Counted from the first letter of the whole stretch, positions 24,534 through 35,282 are shown. The stretch is DNA of 63,899 nucleotides, filler included, from Octopus bimaculoides (GCF_001194135.2; 7 parts of 7 records of this genome joined end to end with filler, not necessarily neighbours in it); one strand, 5' to 3'. Translations and numbers: made by a program. Notes: generated from the letters alone by a model not told the origin.

Positions 24534-25260
24534 ATGGAAGATTATTAGCTGGCATATTACAGTTGAAAAAGCAAACGCAACAGCAGCAACAAGAGTTGCA
24601 ACAGCAACAACTACAACACAATCACTTGCTGTAACTGGTGTTGAAGTCGGGAATCACTGCAAGTTCGTTTTCGCCAGACGACGTAGCGAATGCAATAACT
24701 GAATTTAGTTATAACCCAGAAGAGGGCAAAACTTTTTCGGCGTACTTCAGAAGATACGAAGAAATCTTTAATGAAGAATGCAAGTGTTGGACAGACGATG
24801 AAAAAATAAGACTACTGTTACGGAAAATAAGTCCTTCAGTACATGAAAAATACTGCAATTTTATCTTGCCTAAAAAAAAAAAAAGTGAAATTTGTTTCGA
24901 GGAAGTAATTGAATTGCTATCCAAAATGTTCAGCGATGAGAGTACCCTGTTTAACACTCGCTTGGAATGTCTGAACCTTTTAAAAGAAGAGGACGAAGAT
25001 TTTGTTAGTTATGCTGGAATCGTAAATAAAATGTGCGAAAAATTTAAACTGAAGGAATTATCTCCAGACATGTTTAAATGCCTTATCTTTGTGCAAGGTC
25101 TGACTGCAAACAAAGGTGCAGAAATACGTGCACGGATTCTTACAAAACTAGAATAGGAGGACCAGAATTTAACCCTCCAAGCAGTTGCAGAGGATGTCAA
25201 AGAATTATCAACTTGCAACAGGACGTAAAGAAAATTGAAGAAAAAAAAATTTCTCTGAGG
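24534..25260 (+). mobile_element. Decayed gag of a Mag/K02A2.6-like Gypsy LTR retrotransposon
   Basis: FSPDDVANAITEFSYNPEEGKTFSAYFRRYEEIF...KIRLLLRK...HEKYCNFILP...FKCLIFVQGL; frameshift after the ATG and premature stops. Confidence 0.85.
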
Positions 25261-25769
25261 TACAAATATGTCGAACGGGAATAAGTATCCTGTAAATCCG
25301 AGGGTGCACCATTGAATAGAGAGTACCATTGAATAGTGAATAGTGCCGTCCAGGGACCCTCTCAGCAAGGGGCCTGGTGCCATGGCAGCTATACACTCCT
25401 CATTTGTTATAACATCGTGTTGCAAAATGCGGCCTCCTGACATGAACACAGCTCCAACAACCAAGCCAGCTGGTGGGAAACCGCAGCCCAGTCCAACAAG
25501 CCAACTTGCTTAGAGAGGAAGAAGTAGCCGTACTCGGCTGGATGTCTTATGTAATGTGGTTCTTCGTCGCTCGGGTTTACTTCGACTGGTCACATAGCAT
25601 CTTTACACCGACTGTCTTCGTTGCCAACATTACACTTCACGTTCTTTCCGTCCACCGCACAGCAAAGATGCACAAAAAAGAAAAAGAAAAAAAAAGTGCA
25701 GCATGCTTCAAATTAGTCACGTGAGCAATAACGTTATTTCTCCTTCGTAACAACAGCATTTTTGCTGAA

Positions 25770-26125
25770 ACCAGATTTGTTATAGTGAAGCATGGTTGCT
25801 TGAGCTTGTGAGATGTTATACTGTACCATAGAATTTAAACCTAGTTTAGTTGTGATATGTTACATTATAATCTTCCTATTAAAGTTACAAGACCTGAAAT
25901 TTTGCGGAGAGAGACCAATTAGATTACATCGACCCAGTGCTTGACTGCTACTTAATTTATAAATCCCAAAAGGCTGAAAGGCAAAGACGACCTCAGCGGA
26001 GGTTACGCTACAAGAACTGAAGAACTACGGTAGTTTGTCCCTACTTAGTGGCTTTAAAGTTACATCTTAGTTAGATCCTGCTTAGCTGTTGCAATGTATT
26101 CTTGCAGCTTGACACTTTTAACTGT
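25770..26125 (+). repeat. Decayed ~36-bp minisatellite units (interrupted by a SINE C)
   Basis: TTGTTATA-like cores at 25777, 25813 and 25850 (36-37 bp apart) and AGTTAGATCCTGCTTAGCTGTTGCAATGT near 26065. Confidence 0.5.
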
Positions 26126-26126
26126 A

Positions 26127-27173
26127 ACTAGCAGTATAGCCCGGCGCTGCTCGGGATTAAGCTAGGATTATTAAGTGATCAAGTGCTTTATTTCAAACCA
26201 AAATAAGTAACATGGACATCAGATTTGAGCGAAATCCGTTGAAATTGGTTTGGCTGAAAATGGTTTGCTGGCAATTTGATTGGGAAATCCCATAAGGAAT
26301 CAGTTCATTGGTTATTTCCACTCATTGACTGTTTTTTTTTAAAGTTGCATTAGAGATCTGCATAGGAGAAGGTTGATCTGAAGGTTTGCATTGGGGATCT
26401 GGATTGGAGTAACTTAGGAAAACTTACCAACAGCCTTAACCAAAAAATAAGGGGCCTGTCCCTTCTAGGTTAACTCTAACCCTAAACCCTAACCCTGACC
26501 CTAAAACCGTAACCCTAACNNNNNNNNNNNNNNNNNNNNNNNNNNNNNNNNNNNNNNNNNNNNNNNNNNNNNNNNNNNNNNNNNNNNNNNNNNNNNNNNN
26601 NNNNNNNNNNNNNNNNNNNNNNNNNNNNNNNNNNNNNNNNNNNNNNNNNNNNNNNNNNNNNNNNNNNNNNNNNNNNNNNNNNNNNNNNNNNNNNNNNNNN
26701 NNNNNNNNNNNNNNNNNNNNNNNNNNNNNNNNNNNNNNNNNNNNNNNNNNNNNNNNNNNNNNNNNNNNNNNNNNNNNNNNNNNNNNNNNNNNNNNNNNNN
26801 NNNNNNNNNNNNNNNNNNNNNNNNNNNNNNNNNNNNNNNNNNNNNNNNNNNNNNNNNNNNNNNNNNNNNNNNNNNNNNNNNNNNNNNNNNNNNNNNNNNN
26901 NNNNNNNNNNNNNNNNNNNNNNNNNNNNNNNNNNNNNNNNNNNNNNNNNNNNNNNNNNNNNNNNNNNNNNNNNNNNNNNNNNNNNNNNNNNNNNAGTTTA
27001 TCGATTTTTACAGGTATACGCGGGTACCTCTGAGAGAGAAAGTTCACTAAAATGCACATAGGGTCATTCCGAATCTTCTCCTAAAATTGGAGCGACATGC
27101 GTGCTAATTTGTGGACGTGCATAAACCACATTCACGTACACACACACACAAACATCCTCTCTTTTATAGATAT
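26127..27173 (+). mobile_element. Non-autonomous Helitron/HINE-like element containing a gap
   Basis: 5' ACTAGCAGTATAGCCCGGCGCTGCTCGGG (CTAG plus CCCG/CGGG hairpin); 3' (CA)n then CATCCTCTCTTTTATAGATAT. This resembles Lep1/DINE-like architecture. Confidence 0.55.
26468..26519 (+). repeat. Degenerate telomere-like (TAACCC)n run
   Basis: TAACTCTAACCCTAAACCCTAACCCTGACCCTAAAACCGTAACCCTAAC running into a gap. Confidence 0.75.
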
Positions 27174-27249
27174 TGATAATCTACCGTAAAACTTAACCCC
27201 CGGTTAGTCTAATTGTTATACGTTCCAAAGTAGCTAGACCCGACATAGT

Positions 27250-27620
27250 AGTGGCTGTGTGGTAAAGCGTGGATGTGTGGTAAGAAGCTTGCTTCCCAAT
27301 CACATGGTTCCGTGTTCAGTTCCACTGCGTGGCACCTTGGGCAAGAACCTTTTACTATAACCTCAGGCTGACCAAAGCTTTGTGAGTGGATTTAGTAGAC
27401 GGAAACTGAGAGAAGCCTGGCGTATATTTATGTGTGTGACGTTGTGTCTGCGCTTGTTTCACCGCCACCATCGCTTGACAACTGATGTTGGTGTATTTAT
27501 GTCCCCCTAACTTAGTGGTTAAGCAAAAGAGACTGAGAGAATTAGTATCAGGTTTTAAAAAGTACTGGGGTCGATTTGCTCGACAAAACTCCTTCAAGGC
27601 GGTGGTCCAGCAAGGCCGCA
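27250..27620 (+). mobile_element. SINE family A, near full length
   Basis: Head GTGGCTGTGTGGTAA...GTTCAGTTCCACTGCGTGGCACC and 3' body. Confidence 0.85.
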
Positions 27621-28294
27621 CACATATGACCATATATATATATATANNNNNNNNNNNNNNNNNNNNNNNNNNNNNNNNNNNNNNNNNNNNNNNNNNNNNN
27701 NNNNNNNNNNNNNNNNNNNNNNNNNNNNNNNNNNNNNNNNNNNNNNNNNNNNNNNNNNNNNNNNNNNNNNNNNNNNNNNNNNNNNNNNNNNNNNNNNNNN
27801 NNNNNNNNNNNNNNNNNNNNNNNNNNNNNNNNNNNNNNNNNNNNNNNNNNNNNNNNNNNNNNNNNNNNNNNNNNNNNNNNNNNNNNNNNNNNNNNNNNNN
27901 NNNNNNNNNNNNNNNNNNNNNNNNNNNNNNNNNNNNNNNNNNNNNNNNNNNNNNNNNNNNNNNNNNNNNNNNNNNNNNNNNNNNNNNNNNNNNNNNNNNN
28001 NNNNNNNNNNNNNNNNNNNNNNNNNNNNNNNNNNNNNNNNNNNNNNNNNNNNNNNNNNNNNNNNNNNNNNNNNNNNNNNNNNNNNNNNNNNNNNNNNNNN
28101 NNNNNNNNNNNNNNNNNNNNNNNNNNNNNNNNNNNNNNNNNNNNNNNNNNNNNNNNNNNNNNNNNNNNNNNNNNNNNNNNNNNNNNNNNNNNNNNNNNNN
28201 NNNNNNNNNNNNNNNNNNNNNNNNNNNNNNNNNNNNNNNNNNNNNNNNNNNNNNNNNNNNNNNNNNNNNNNNNNNNNNNNNNNNNNNNNNNNNN

Positions 28295-28345
<51 letters not shown>

Positions 28346-29388
28346 ATCCAAGAGAGCTAGGGGTTGAGGATTCAACCCACTAAGGGATAGTATCTATCCA
28401 ATATACTGCTGGGAGGGTACCCAATTACTGTTACACTAGTGTTATACATACGGATATTTATTCATTTATTTATTTGCATCCGCATATAGACTTCTTAATA
28501 AATCTATTCAATAACTCATTTGTATTAGCATATACACTCCATCTATATAAGTATATACAGGCATGAAGGTGTGTGTGCGTGTGTGTGTATATGTATACAT
28601 ATGCATTCACGCATAACCCTTTTGACCGGTTGGTGGCTATCCAACCGTAGCTAAGTTTAGATAGCTTAAAACAATAGTTGTCCAATTAGATGAGAGGAAT
28701 TAGCAGTAAAAATTACCCCTCCCCAAATAGCAGCAGAATTCTTAATACCCACTACTAGAAGGACTTTATCTTCTCCATAGGAAAAAATAACGGAGTACCT
28801 CATTACAAAGTTCAAAAAGTTGGCATATTATTATTATTATTGTTGCTGCTGCTGCTGTTGTTGTTGTTGTTGTCGTCGTATCGACAACTCCTCAATAAAT
28901 AATTTCCACATAGACCCCTCCACCACATACAGAACTGACACGCACGCACCCAACAAATTTTAACATATAAACAGCTTTCCAAACGCAACGAATAACGTTC
29001 ATGCCAGGGATCATGTATGTATGGGAATATTTATATATACATAGATGTATGTATGTACGTATGTGTGAGGGGATAGATATATATGTGTATGTCCCCCTCA
29101 CATGTGGTGACGGTGACTGTTGACTATTTTGGTGTGCATGTGCAGCCATCTGTGTATGTGCATCTAGGCACACATATGTACTCATCTATCTATGCTTTTG
29201 TATCCACATATATCTACATATGGTTATGTATACATGCATAGGCATGTATATTGGAGTTTTTATAACTATTTATATGGTTTTATATACTGTTTGTAGGCTT
29301 TTCTATGTGCCTTATATTTTCCTTTTTTATTTTTTTATTATTTTTAATTTTTACTTTATTTTAATTTTATATTTGTATTGAATTTTCT

Positions 29389-29496
29389 AAATCTCTGAAG
29401 AGGCCTAGCGAAGCATGCATGCACCCCCATTACATCATTTTCAACTAGAGATACAATGGGGCATGCCAACTCTAGGCCGAAACAGCTGTAAGTTTC
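29389..29496 (+). ncRNA. Type I hammerhead ribozyme with intact core and extended stem II
   Basis: CTGAAGA 29395-29401; stem II GGCCTAG (29402-08) / CTAGGCC (29472-78), extended by CATGCACCCCCATT/AATGGGGCATG; GAAA 29479-82; palindromic stem III ACAGCTGT; GUA triplet with cleavage after 29490; stem I AAATCT/AGTTT imperfect. Confidence 0.75.
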
Positions 29497-29988
29497 TGTC
29501 CCTTCTCCAATTGCTAAATGTCCTTTATATTTGAAATCGTAATTGTTAATATGACATGGTATGTCATAAGTGTCTGTAAATTGTGTTTTTTGTCAATTTA
29601 GTTATAAAATAAACAGATTAATCAACGGAATACATTGTCTGCAAGTCGATGGGTACCGCATATTCTCCTCCATTTTCTTATTGCTATATATATATATATA
29701 TATATCTTCGAATAGGAGACCTCAGCAACCCCATCTGTGCTGAGAAAGAACAATAACCCAGAAACCGGTCCACAGATGTTGCTTTGTGCTGGATGGGGTG
29801 CTGAACTTCCCTATTCGAAAATATAAGGACACAGATATTGTGCCGTATAGCCAGAAGGAACGACGTTTCCTGGGGCTGAACAACAGTAACATTCTTTTAC
29901 ACATAAGGCAAGGTCTGGCTACAATATCAAATATAGCAACTAGGTAAAATCTAAGACTACCACATTATGTCGGCAAATAGTCTTTATT

Positions 29989-30020
<32 letters not shown>

Positions 30021-30139
30021 TGTATGTATGTATACACATACATGTGTGTGTGTGTATGTGTATGTGTGTATACATATAAATATATAGATAAACTTACTTG
30101 GAAATGGATGTGTGGCGTTCTATCAAATAATAATATAAA

Positions 30140-30274
30140 TAATATATATATATTTTCGGGTTCCGGGTTCCGGGTTCATTCCCATTGCGTGGCACCTTGG
30201 GTAAGTGCCTTCTATTATAGCTTCGGGCCGACCAAAGCCTTGTGAGTGGATTTGGTAGACGGAAACCGAAGTAA

Positions 30275-30314
<40 letters not shown>

Positions 30315-30899
30315 NNNNNNNNNNNNNNNNNNNNNNNNNNNNNNNNNNNNNNNNNNNNNNNNNNNNNNNNNNNNNNNNNNNNNNNNNNNNNNNNNNNNNN
30401 NNNNNNNNNNNNNNNNNNNNNNNNNNNNNNNNNNNNNNNNNNNNNNNNNNNNNNNNNNNNNNNNNNNNNNNNNNNNNNNNNNNNNNNNNNNNNNNNNNNN
30501 NNNNNNNNNNNNNNNNNNNNNNNNNNNNNNNNNNNNNNNNNNNNNNNNNNNNNNNNNNNNNNNNNNNNNNNNNNNNNNNNNNNNNNNNNNNNNNNNNNNN
30601 NNNNNNNNNNNNNNNNNNNNNNNNNNNNNNNNNNNNNNNNNNNNNNNNNNNNNNNNNNNNNNNNNNNNNNNNNNNNNNNNNNNNNNNNNNNNNNNNNNNN
30701 NNNNNNNNNNNNNNNNNNNNNNNNNNNNNNNNNNNNNNNNNNNNNNNNNNNNNNNNNNNNNNNNNNNNNNNNNNNNNNNNNNNNNNNNNNNNNNNNNNNN
30801 NNNNNNNNNNNNNNNNNNNNNNNNNNNNNNNNNNNNNNNNNNNNNNNNNNNNNNNNNNNNNNNNNNNNNNNNNNNNNNNNNNNNNNNNNNNNNNNNNNN

Positions 30900-30943
<44 letters not shown>

Positions 30944-31150
30944 TGTGCTTCTATGTTTCTTTGTTTGCATCCCCCCAACCGGTGCTGGTGTGTTTACGTT
31001 CACGTGACCTGGCGGTTTGGCAAAAATGACCGACAGAATAAGTACCAGGCTTTAGAAAAAAATATTTACGCGGGTCGATTCATTAGACTGAAATTTCTTG
31101 AAGACGGTGCCCCAGCATGACCGCAGTCAAATGACCGAAACAAGTAAAAA
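30140..31150 (+). mobile_element. SINE family A spanning a gap in its central microsatellite
   Basis: 5' half at 30140-30290 and 3' half at 30900-31150 flank (TA)n-gap-(GT)n. Confidence 0.75.
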
Positions 31151-31185
31151 GAAATATACAAATACTCAGCACGGTTTTACATGCA

Positions 31186-31460
31186 TCACGGTAGCTAGAC
31201 CGTATCTGGTTTTTAAGATCTAACACGGCAGTTAGACAGTATTTTGTTTTTGCAATGTTCTACATAGTTAAACTCTACTAATTGTTATATGTAGCACGAT
31301 AGCCAAACCCAACCTATTTGTTATACGCTGGCGGTAAATTCTGCCTATTTATCATACGCCTCCTCGAAACGAGATCCTGATAGTTGTTATATGTAGCATT
31401 ATAACTGGACCTTGCTTATTTGTTATGTAGTACAGTAGCTAGATCCTGTATAGTTATGTA
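31186..31460 (+). repeat. Decayed ~35-bp minisatellite, about 8 units
   Basis: Approximate consensus AGCTAGATCCTGCCTAGTTGTTATATGTAGCA; further units at 31920-31985, 32130-32160, 27200-27250 and inverted at 29895-29960. Confidence 0.65.
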
Positions 31461-32003
31461 TTAAAAAAATATATGTAAGCGACAGAGGCAGTATTTATAC
31501 CGAGAAGTAATATTTATTTCCACTTAAACGTGGATGTTCTGTTAGAACAAATTATACTGCGGTAGATACTATGAGAGAAACTCTTATATTGGCTTTTGGT
31601 CCTAGATGCAATCTCATTTATATCGCTAGCGAGAGAGATAAACCCCCTACTGTCTCCACCAGATTACGTGATTTCGACCTTCTTTGGCGTTGGCAATGAT
31701 GGACGTTCGATAACTAGAAATAGCAGCGACTCATCTTCCAGACAGCGATGTATAGAATAGCAGTGCCCAATCGGGCGCTAGTGTTGCGATTATCCAGTGA
31801 GCTTGTTAAAAAGTATATACATAATAGGAACAGAGACAAAATTAATATCGGGAGATAATATTCATCCCTACTTCTCAGGCATTATGTTAGTTATACTTTA
31901 CCTAATTGCCTTGTTTAATATTGTAGCTAGATCCTGCCTAGTTGATATATGTAGCATTGCAACGAGACCTTGCCTTATGTGTAAATGGATATCACGGAAG
32001 GTA

Positions 32004-32266
32004 AACAGTGACCTTGTGTACATATATACCATGAAGTACATAATCCGTAAGTCTTAGTATAGCATTTATTACATCTAGTAATAATCCAGTAACAGAATTT
32101 ATTACATCTACGGTAATTTTTATAATGTAGTATGGTAGCTAGATCCTGTCTGTAGTTCATTGTTCTAACGTCCTGTACCCTGATATGCATCTATATACAC
32201 ATGTAGATGTAAGTATGTACATATATGTGTGTATACATGCATATATATTCTTTGTGTCATTTATTT

Positions 32267-32327
<61 letters not shown>

Positions 32328-32400
32328 ATATGGAATAAATGGCATACTAAGACTTACGGATTATGTACTCCATGGTACATATGTACACAAGGTTACTGTT
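32004..32400. repeat. ~70-bp inverted repeat pair enclosing ~255 bp
   Basis: 32004-32074 (AACAGTGACCTTGTGTACATATATACCATGAAGTACATAATCCGTAAGTCTTAGTAT...) is the near-exact reverse complement of 32330-32400. Confidence 0.9.
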
Positions 32401-32748
32401 AAGCATTTTGCCCAGCGTGCTAACGATTCTGCCAGCTCACCACCTTGAAGTGAAATTGAATAATTGCAAAATTATGTAAGCTAATACCTAAAAATGCATG
32501 TCAGAAACATTCATATGACGTGTGTTCAAAATATAATATTTTATGATACCAAATGATAAGTAAACAGTTAGTTATGCGCAAATATATATAATATTTATAA
32601 CTTTTATATCTACTGAAATACATCTTGAACTATGAATATACTTTCACATTCCGAATTATATTTTCTGACGAAACCAATCTTTGGATGAAACCAAAGATCT
32701 TACTTTAACACTGCCATTGCAAACTTAAACAGATTTTACATTTCTTTT

Positions 32749-33336
32749 TCAACAGTGGAGCCGCCAATTCTTCAAACACTCCAAGTCCTCTATCTCTTTA
32801 TTCAGTTCGGTGTCATCCATTATCTTCAGGTCTTCCAGTTCTTTCAGTTCAGGTATCTCGAGTTCTTTTAGCTCAGGTATCTCGAGTTCTTTCAGCTCAG
32901 GTATCTCGAGTTCTTCCAGTTCTTTCAGCTCAGGTATCTCCAGATCATCCAGATCTTTCAACTCATTTACCTCCAGATCTCCGAGCTCGCTTAGCTCCGG
33001 TATTTCGAGATCTAGTTCCTTCATCTCCTCTAAATCTTCAAGTTCCTTCAGCTCAGGTATCTCCATTTCTTCCAGTTCTTCCAGATCATTCAATTCAGAT
33101 ATCGTCAAATCTTCAGGTTCTTTCAGCTCATTTATCTCCAGCGTTTCCAGTTCCTTTAGCTCAGGTATGTCCAACTCTTCTATCTCGCTCATACTTACCT
33201 TTAGATCTCGATTCATCTGTTTTTCCAATTCCTTCAGTTCTTTCAACTCCTGTGATATCTGCTTTTCCTCTCTTTTTAATTCGTCTATCACCTGCACCAT
33301 AGTTTCTTCCTTCTGTGATTCATCTTCATTACTCAT
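32749..33336 (-). CDS. Intact 195-aa highly acidic repeat protein (LEIPELKE units), function unknown
   Basis: ATG at 33336 (MSNEDESQ...) to TGA at 32749 with no interruption; 73/195 residues are D/E; seven IPEL motifs; the differences among the three 24-bp units at 32837-32908 are synonymous. Confidence 0.65.
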   Translation of the reverse strand: MSNEDESQKEETMVQVIDELKREEKQISQELKELKELEKQMNRDLKVSMSEIEELDIPELKELETLEINELKEPEDLTISELNDLEELEEMEIPELKELEDLEEMKELDLEIPELSELGDLEVNELKDLDDLEIPELKELEELEIPELKELEIPELKELEIPELKELEDLKIMDDTELNKEIEDLECLKNWRLHC

Positions 33337-33406
33337 ATTCACCACCTCTGCGAAAAGTTCGTTCAAAGTGAATTGCTTGGGTAGCTTATAAAGGGATATT
33401 TCTTAC

Positions 33407-33527
33407 CAGGAAAATGTTGAATAGGTGCTTCATCTGTGAAATTGGAATGAAGTCTGACAGAATTTGGTTAAAGAAAGTGTTGCCTGGGAAATGAAGCAGG
33501 TCACACGTTCTCTCTGAACTGATGTAC
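33407..33527 (-). CDS. Candidate exon (121 nt; YISSERTCDLLHFPGNTFFNQILSDFIPISQMKHLFNIFL), coding or 5' UTR
   Basis: Acceptor TTGTTGTCAACAG|G and strong donor CTG|GTAAGA; a single open frame. Confidence 0.4.
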
Positions 33528-33668
33528 CTGTTGACAACAATGAAGACATCAATTTATTCGGTTAAAAACCCTAAAATACAAAAATCAATGGAATCAAATA
33601 AATAAATGATGAAAAGCAAAGAAAAAAAAAAGAAAAGAAAAAAGTGGAATTCTGGTTTAAGCACCTCA

Positions 33669-34187
33669 TATAACCCCACCATAACCCGTCATAACGTTTT
33701 TACTTTTTGGAATTTTCAGAAATGTTTTGCTAATTTGTGTTCTACACATGGGAATTCATACGACTATGAAAAAACAATAGAAAAAATTTGTGAGCGTGAT
33801 TTAAGGGCGGTTTAGCTGTTGCTTTTAGCACATTCTATGTTCTCTTTTTTTTGTCACTCTGACATGTATCGATGACTTTCAATATTTTTCTCTCCAGAAA
33901 TACATTTAATGGAATGAGGATGTACCCAAGACGGATCCATTGTTGGGATTTAAGCAAAAAATTCGGACTGTCCATATTTTAAACCGTGATTAAAAAAAAA
34001 AAAAATCGAAAAAGAGTGGAACTTTTAGGATTTACGATGGAAGTGTGTGTATGTGTGTGTGTGTGTGTGTGTGTGTATGGTGCGGGGGAGGCTTTTAAGT
34101 GGGTTTTTTTTTTCATTATCGTAGAACACAAATTCGCAAACGTTTCCTGAAAATTCAAAAAAATGAAAAAAACTATGAGGGGTTATA
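33669..34187. mobile_element. MITE with ~65-bp TIRs
   Basis: ATAACCCGTCATAACGTTTTT...GAATTTTCAGAAATG...AATTTGTGTTCTAC (33681-33745) mirrors GTAGAACACAAATT...GAAAATTC...ATGAGGGGTTATA (34120-34187). Confidence 0.8.
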
Positions 34188-34189
34188 CA

Positions 34190-34502
34190 ATGACGAAGAT
34201 TCCTGCTGATCCGATCAACGGAACAGCCTGCTCGGGGAATTAACGTGCAAGAGGCTGAGCACTCCACAGACACATGTACCCTTAACCCTTAACGTAGTTC
34301 TCAGAGAAATTCAGCATGACACAGAGTGTGACAAAGCTGACCTTTTGAAATACAGGTACAACTCTCATTTTTGCTAGCTGAGTGGACTGAGCAACGTGAA
34401 ATAAAGTGTCTTGCTCAAGGATACAACGCGTCGCCGGGAATTGAACCCATGACCATACGGTCGTGAGCCGAATATCCTAACCACTAGGCCATGCGCCTTC
34501 TC
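34190..34502 (-). mobile_element. SINE family B2
   Basis: Same body and head as 2476-2798. Confidence 0.9.
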
Positions 34503-34719
34503 TTGAAGGGTTATATAGAGTGCTTCAACCTGAAAAACAACGACTGACTGATAAGTTTGCGCTTAATTATCTTTTGGCCACAGAGCCTGAAATTTTGTGG
34601 GAGGGAGGTTATTCGCTGACATTGACTTATTTTATCGATTTCGAAAGAACGAAATGCAAACTCGATTTTAGCAGATATTTTGATTCAGAATATAAAGTTG
34701 GTGTGAGGATGAGGTAAAG

Positions 34720-34800
34720 GGTCAGTGACGTCAATGGCTGAGGGACTCTACCGGAAGAGCAGAAGTGAGGAGGGTCACGTGAGGAGGGTCACGTGGCTGC
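34720..34800. promoter_or_regulatory. Candidate promoter/enhancer motif cluster (CRE, ETS, two E-boxes)
   Basis: TGACGTCA 34726-33, CCGGAAG 34751-57, CACGTG 34776-81 and 34790-95, in a GC-richer patch between SINE relics. Confidence 0.35.
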
Positions 34801-35228
34801 GAAAGGGTGCGTGTGAACGTACGAGCTAGAGGGATTTTTGCCGTTAGGTTTTGGCCAGAGGTTCGCTGGGTAAATCGCCTTTCGAATGTAATCCAGCTGC
34901 AAAGTCGACGCTGCTCCTCATACTATATTTCTGGAAGAAATCACGCTGAGCATTTTTGTCCGGCATGCCCACGATTCTGCCAGCTCGCCGCTTTTACTTG
35001 TTTAATTAAAGTGAAAAGAAATAGATTGATTAAAAACAAAAAGCAAAAGCAAAAGCCCAGACAGATAATTAAACAATTAATTAAACACGTAAACTTACAA
35101 ACGAAAGGAAAGAGAAAGAAAGAATTGATTGATAATGTTATCAGTAAATTAAATAGAAATAATTCTAATTTGTTGTTTGATCAATAAGAAATCAATCAAC
35201 CAAATATATAAATGCAGAGAAAGAAAGG

Positions 35229-35282
<54 letters not shown>

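Noticed and set aside
26468-26519. True telomere
   Set aside because: Degenerate, internal, and embedded in a probable mobile element.
29630-29670. ASRWVPHIL mariner-like peptide
   Set aside because: Too short, with no flanking transposase similarity.
31186-31460. CRISPR-like ~35-bp periodicity
   Set aside because: Eukaryotic context, no constant repeat with unique spacers, no cas genes; it is a decayed minisatellite.
31662-31750. Plus-strand exon candidate DYVISTFFGVGNDG...
   Set aside because: Weak donor and no supporting plus-strand exons or homology.
32665-32700. CTGACGA...GAAA hammerhead-like motif
   Set aside because: No stem III or UH triplet; the segment is better explained by the ATCTTTGG/CCAAAGAT hairpin.
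32810-33391. 193-aa Ser-rich plus-strand ORF
   Set aside because: Antisense shadow of the Glu/Leu-rich ORF; its codons rarely give stops on the opposite strand.
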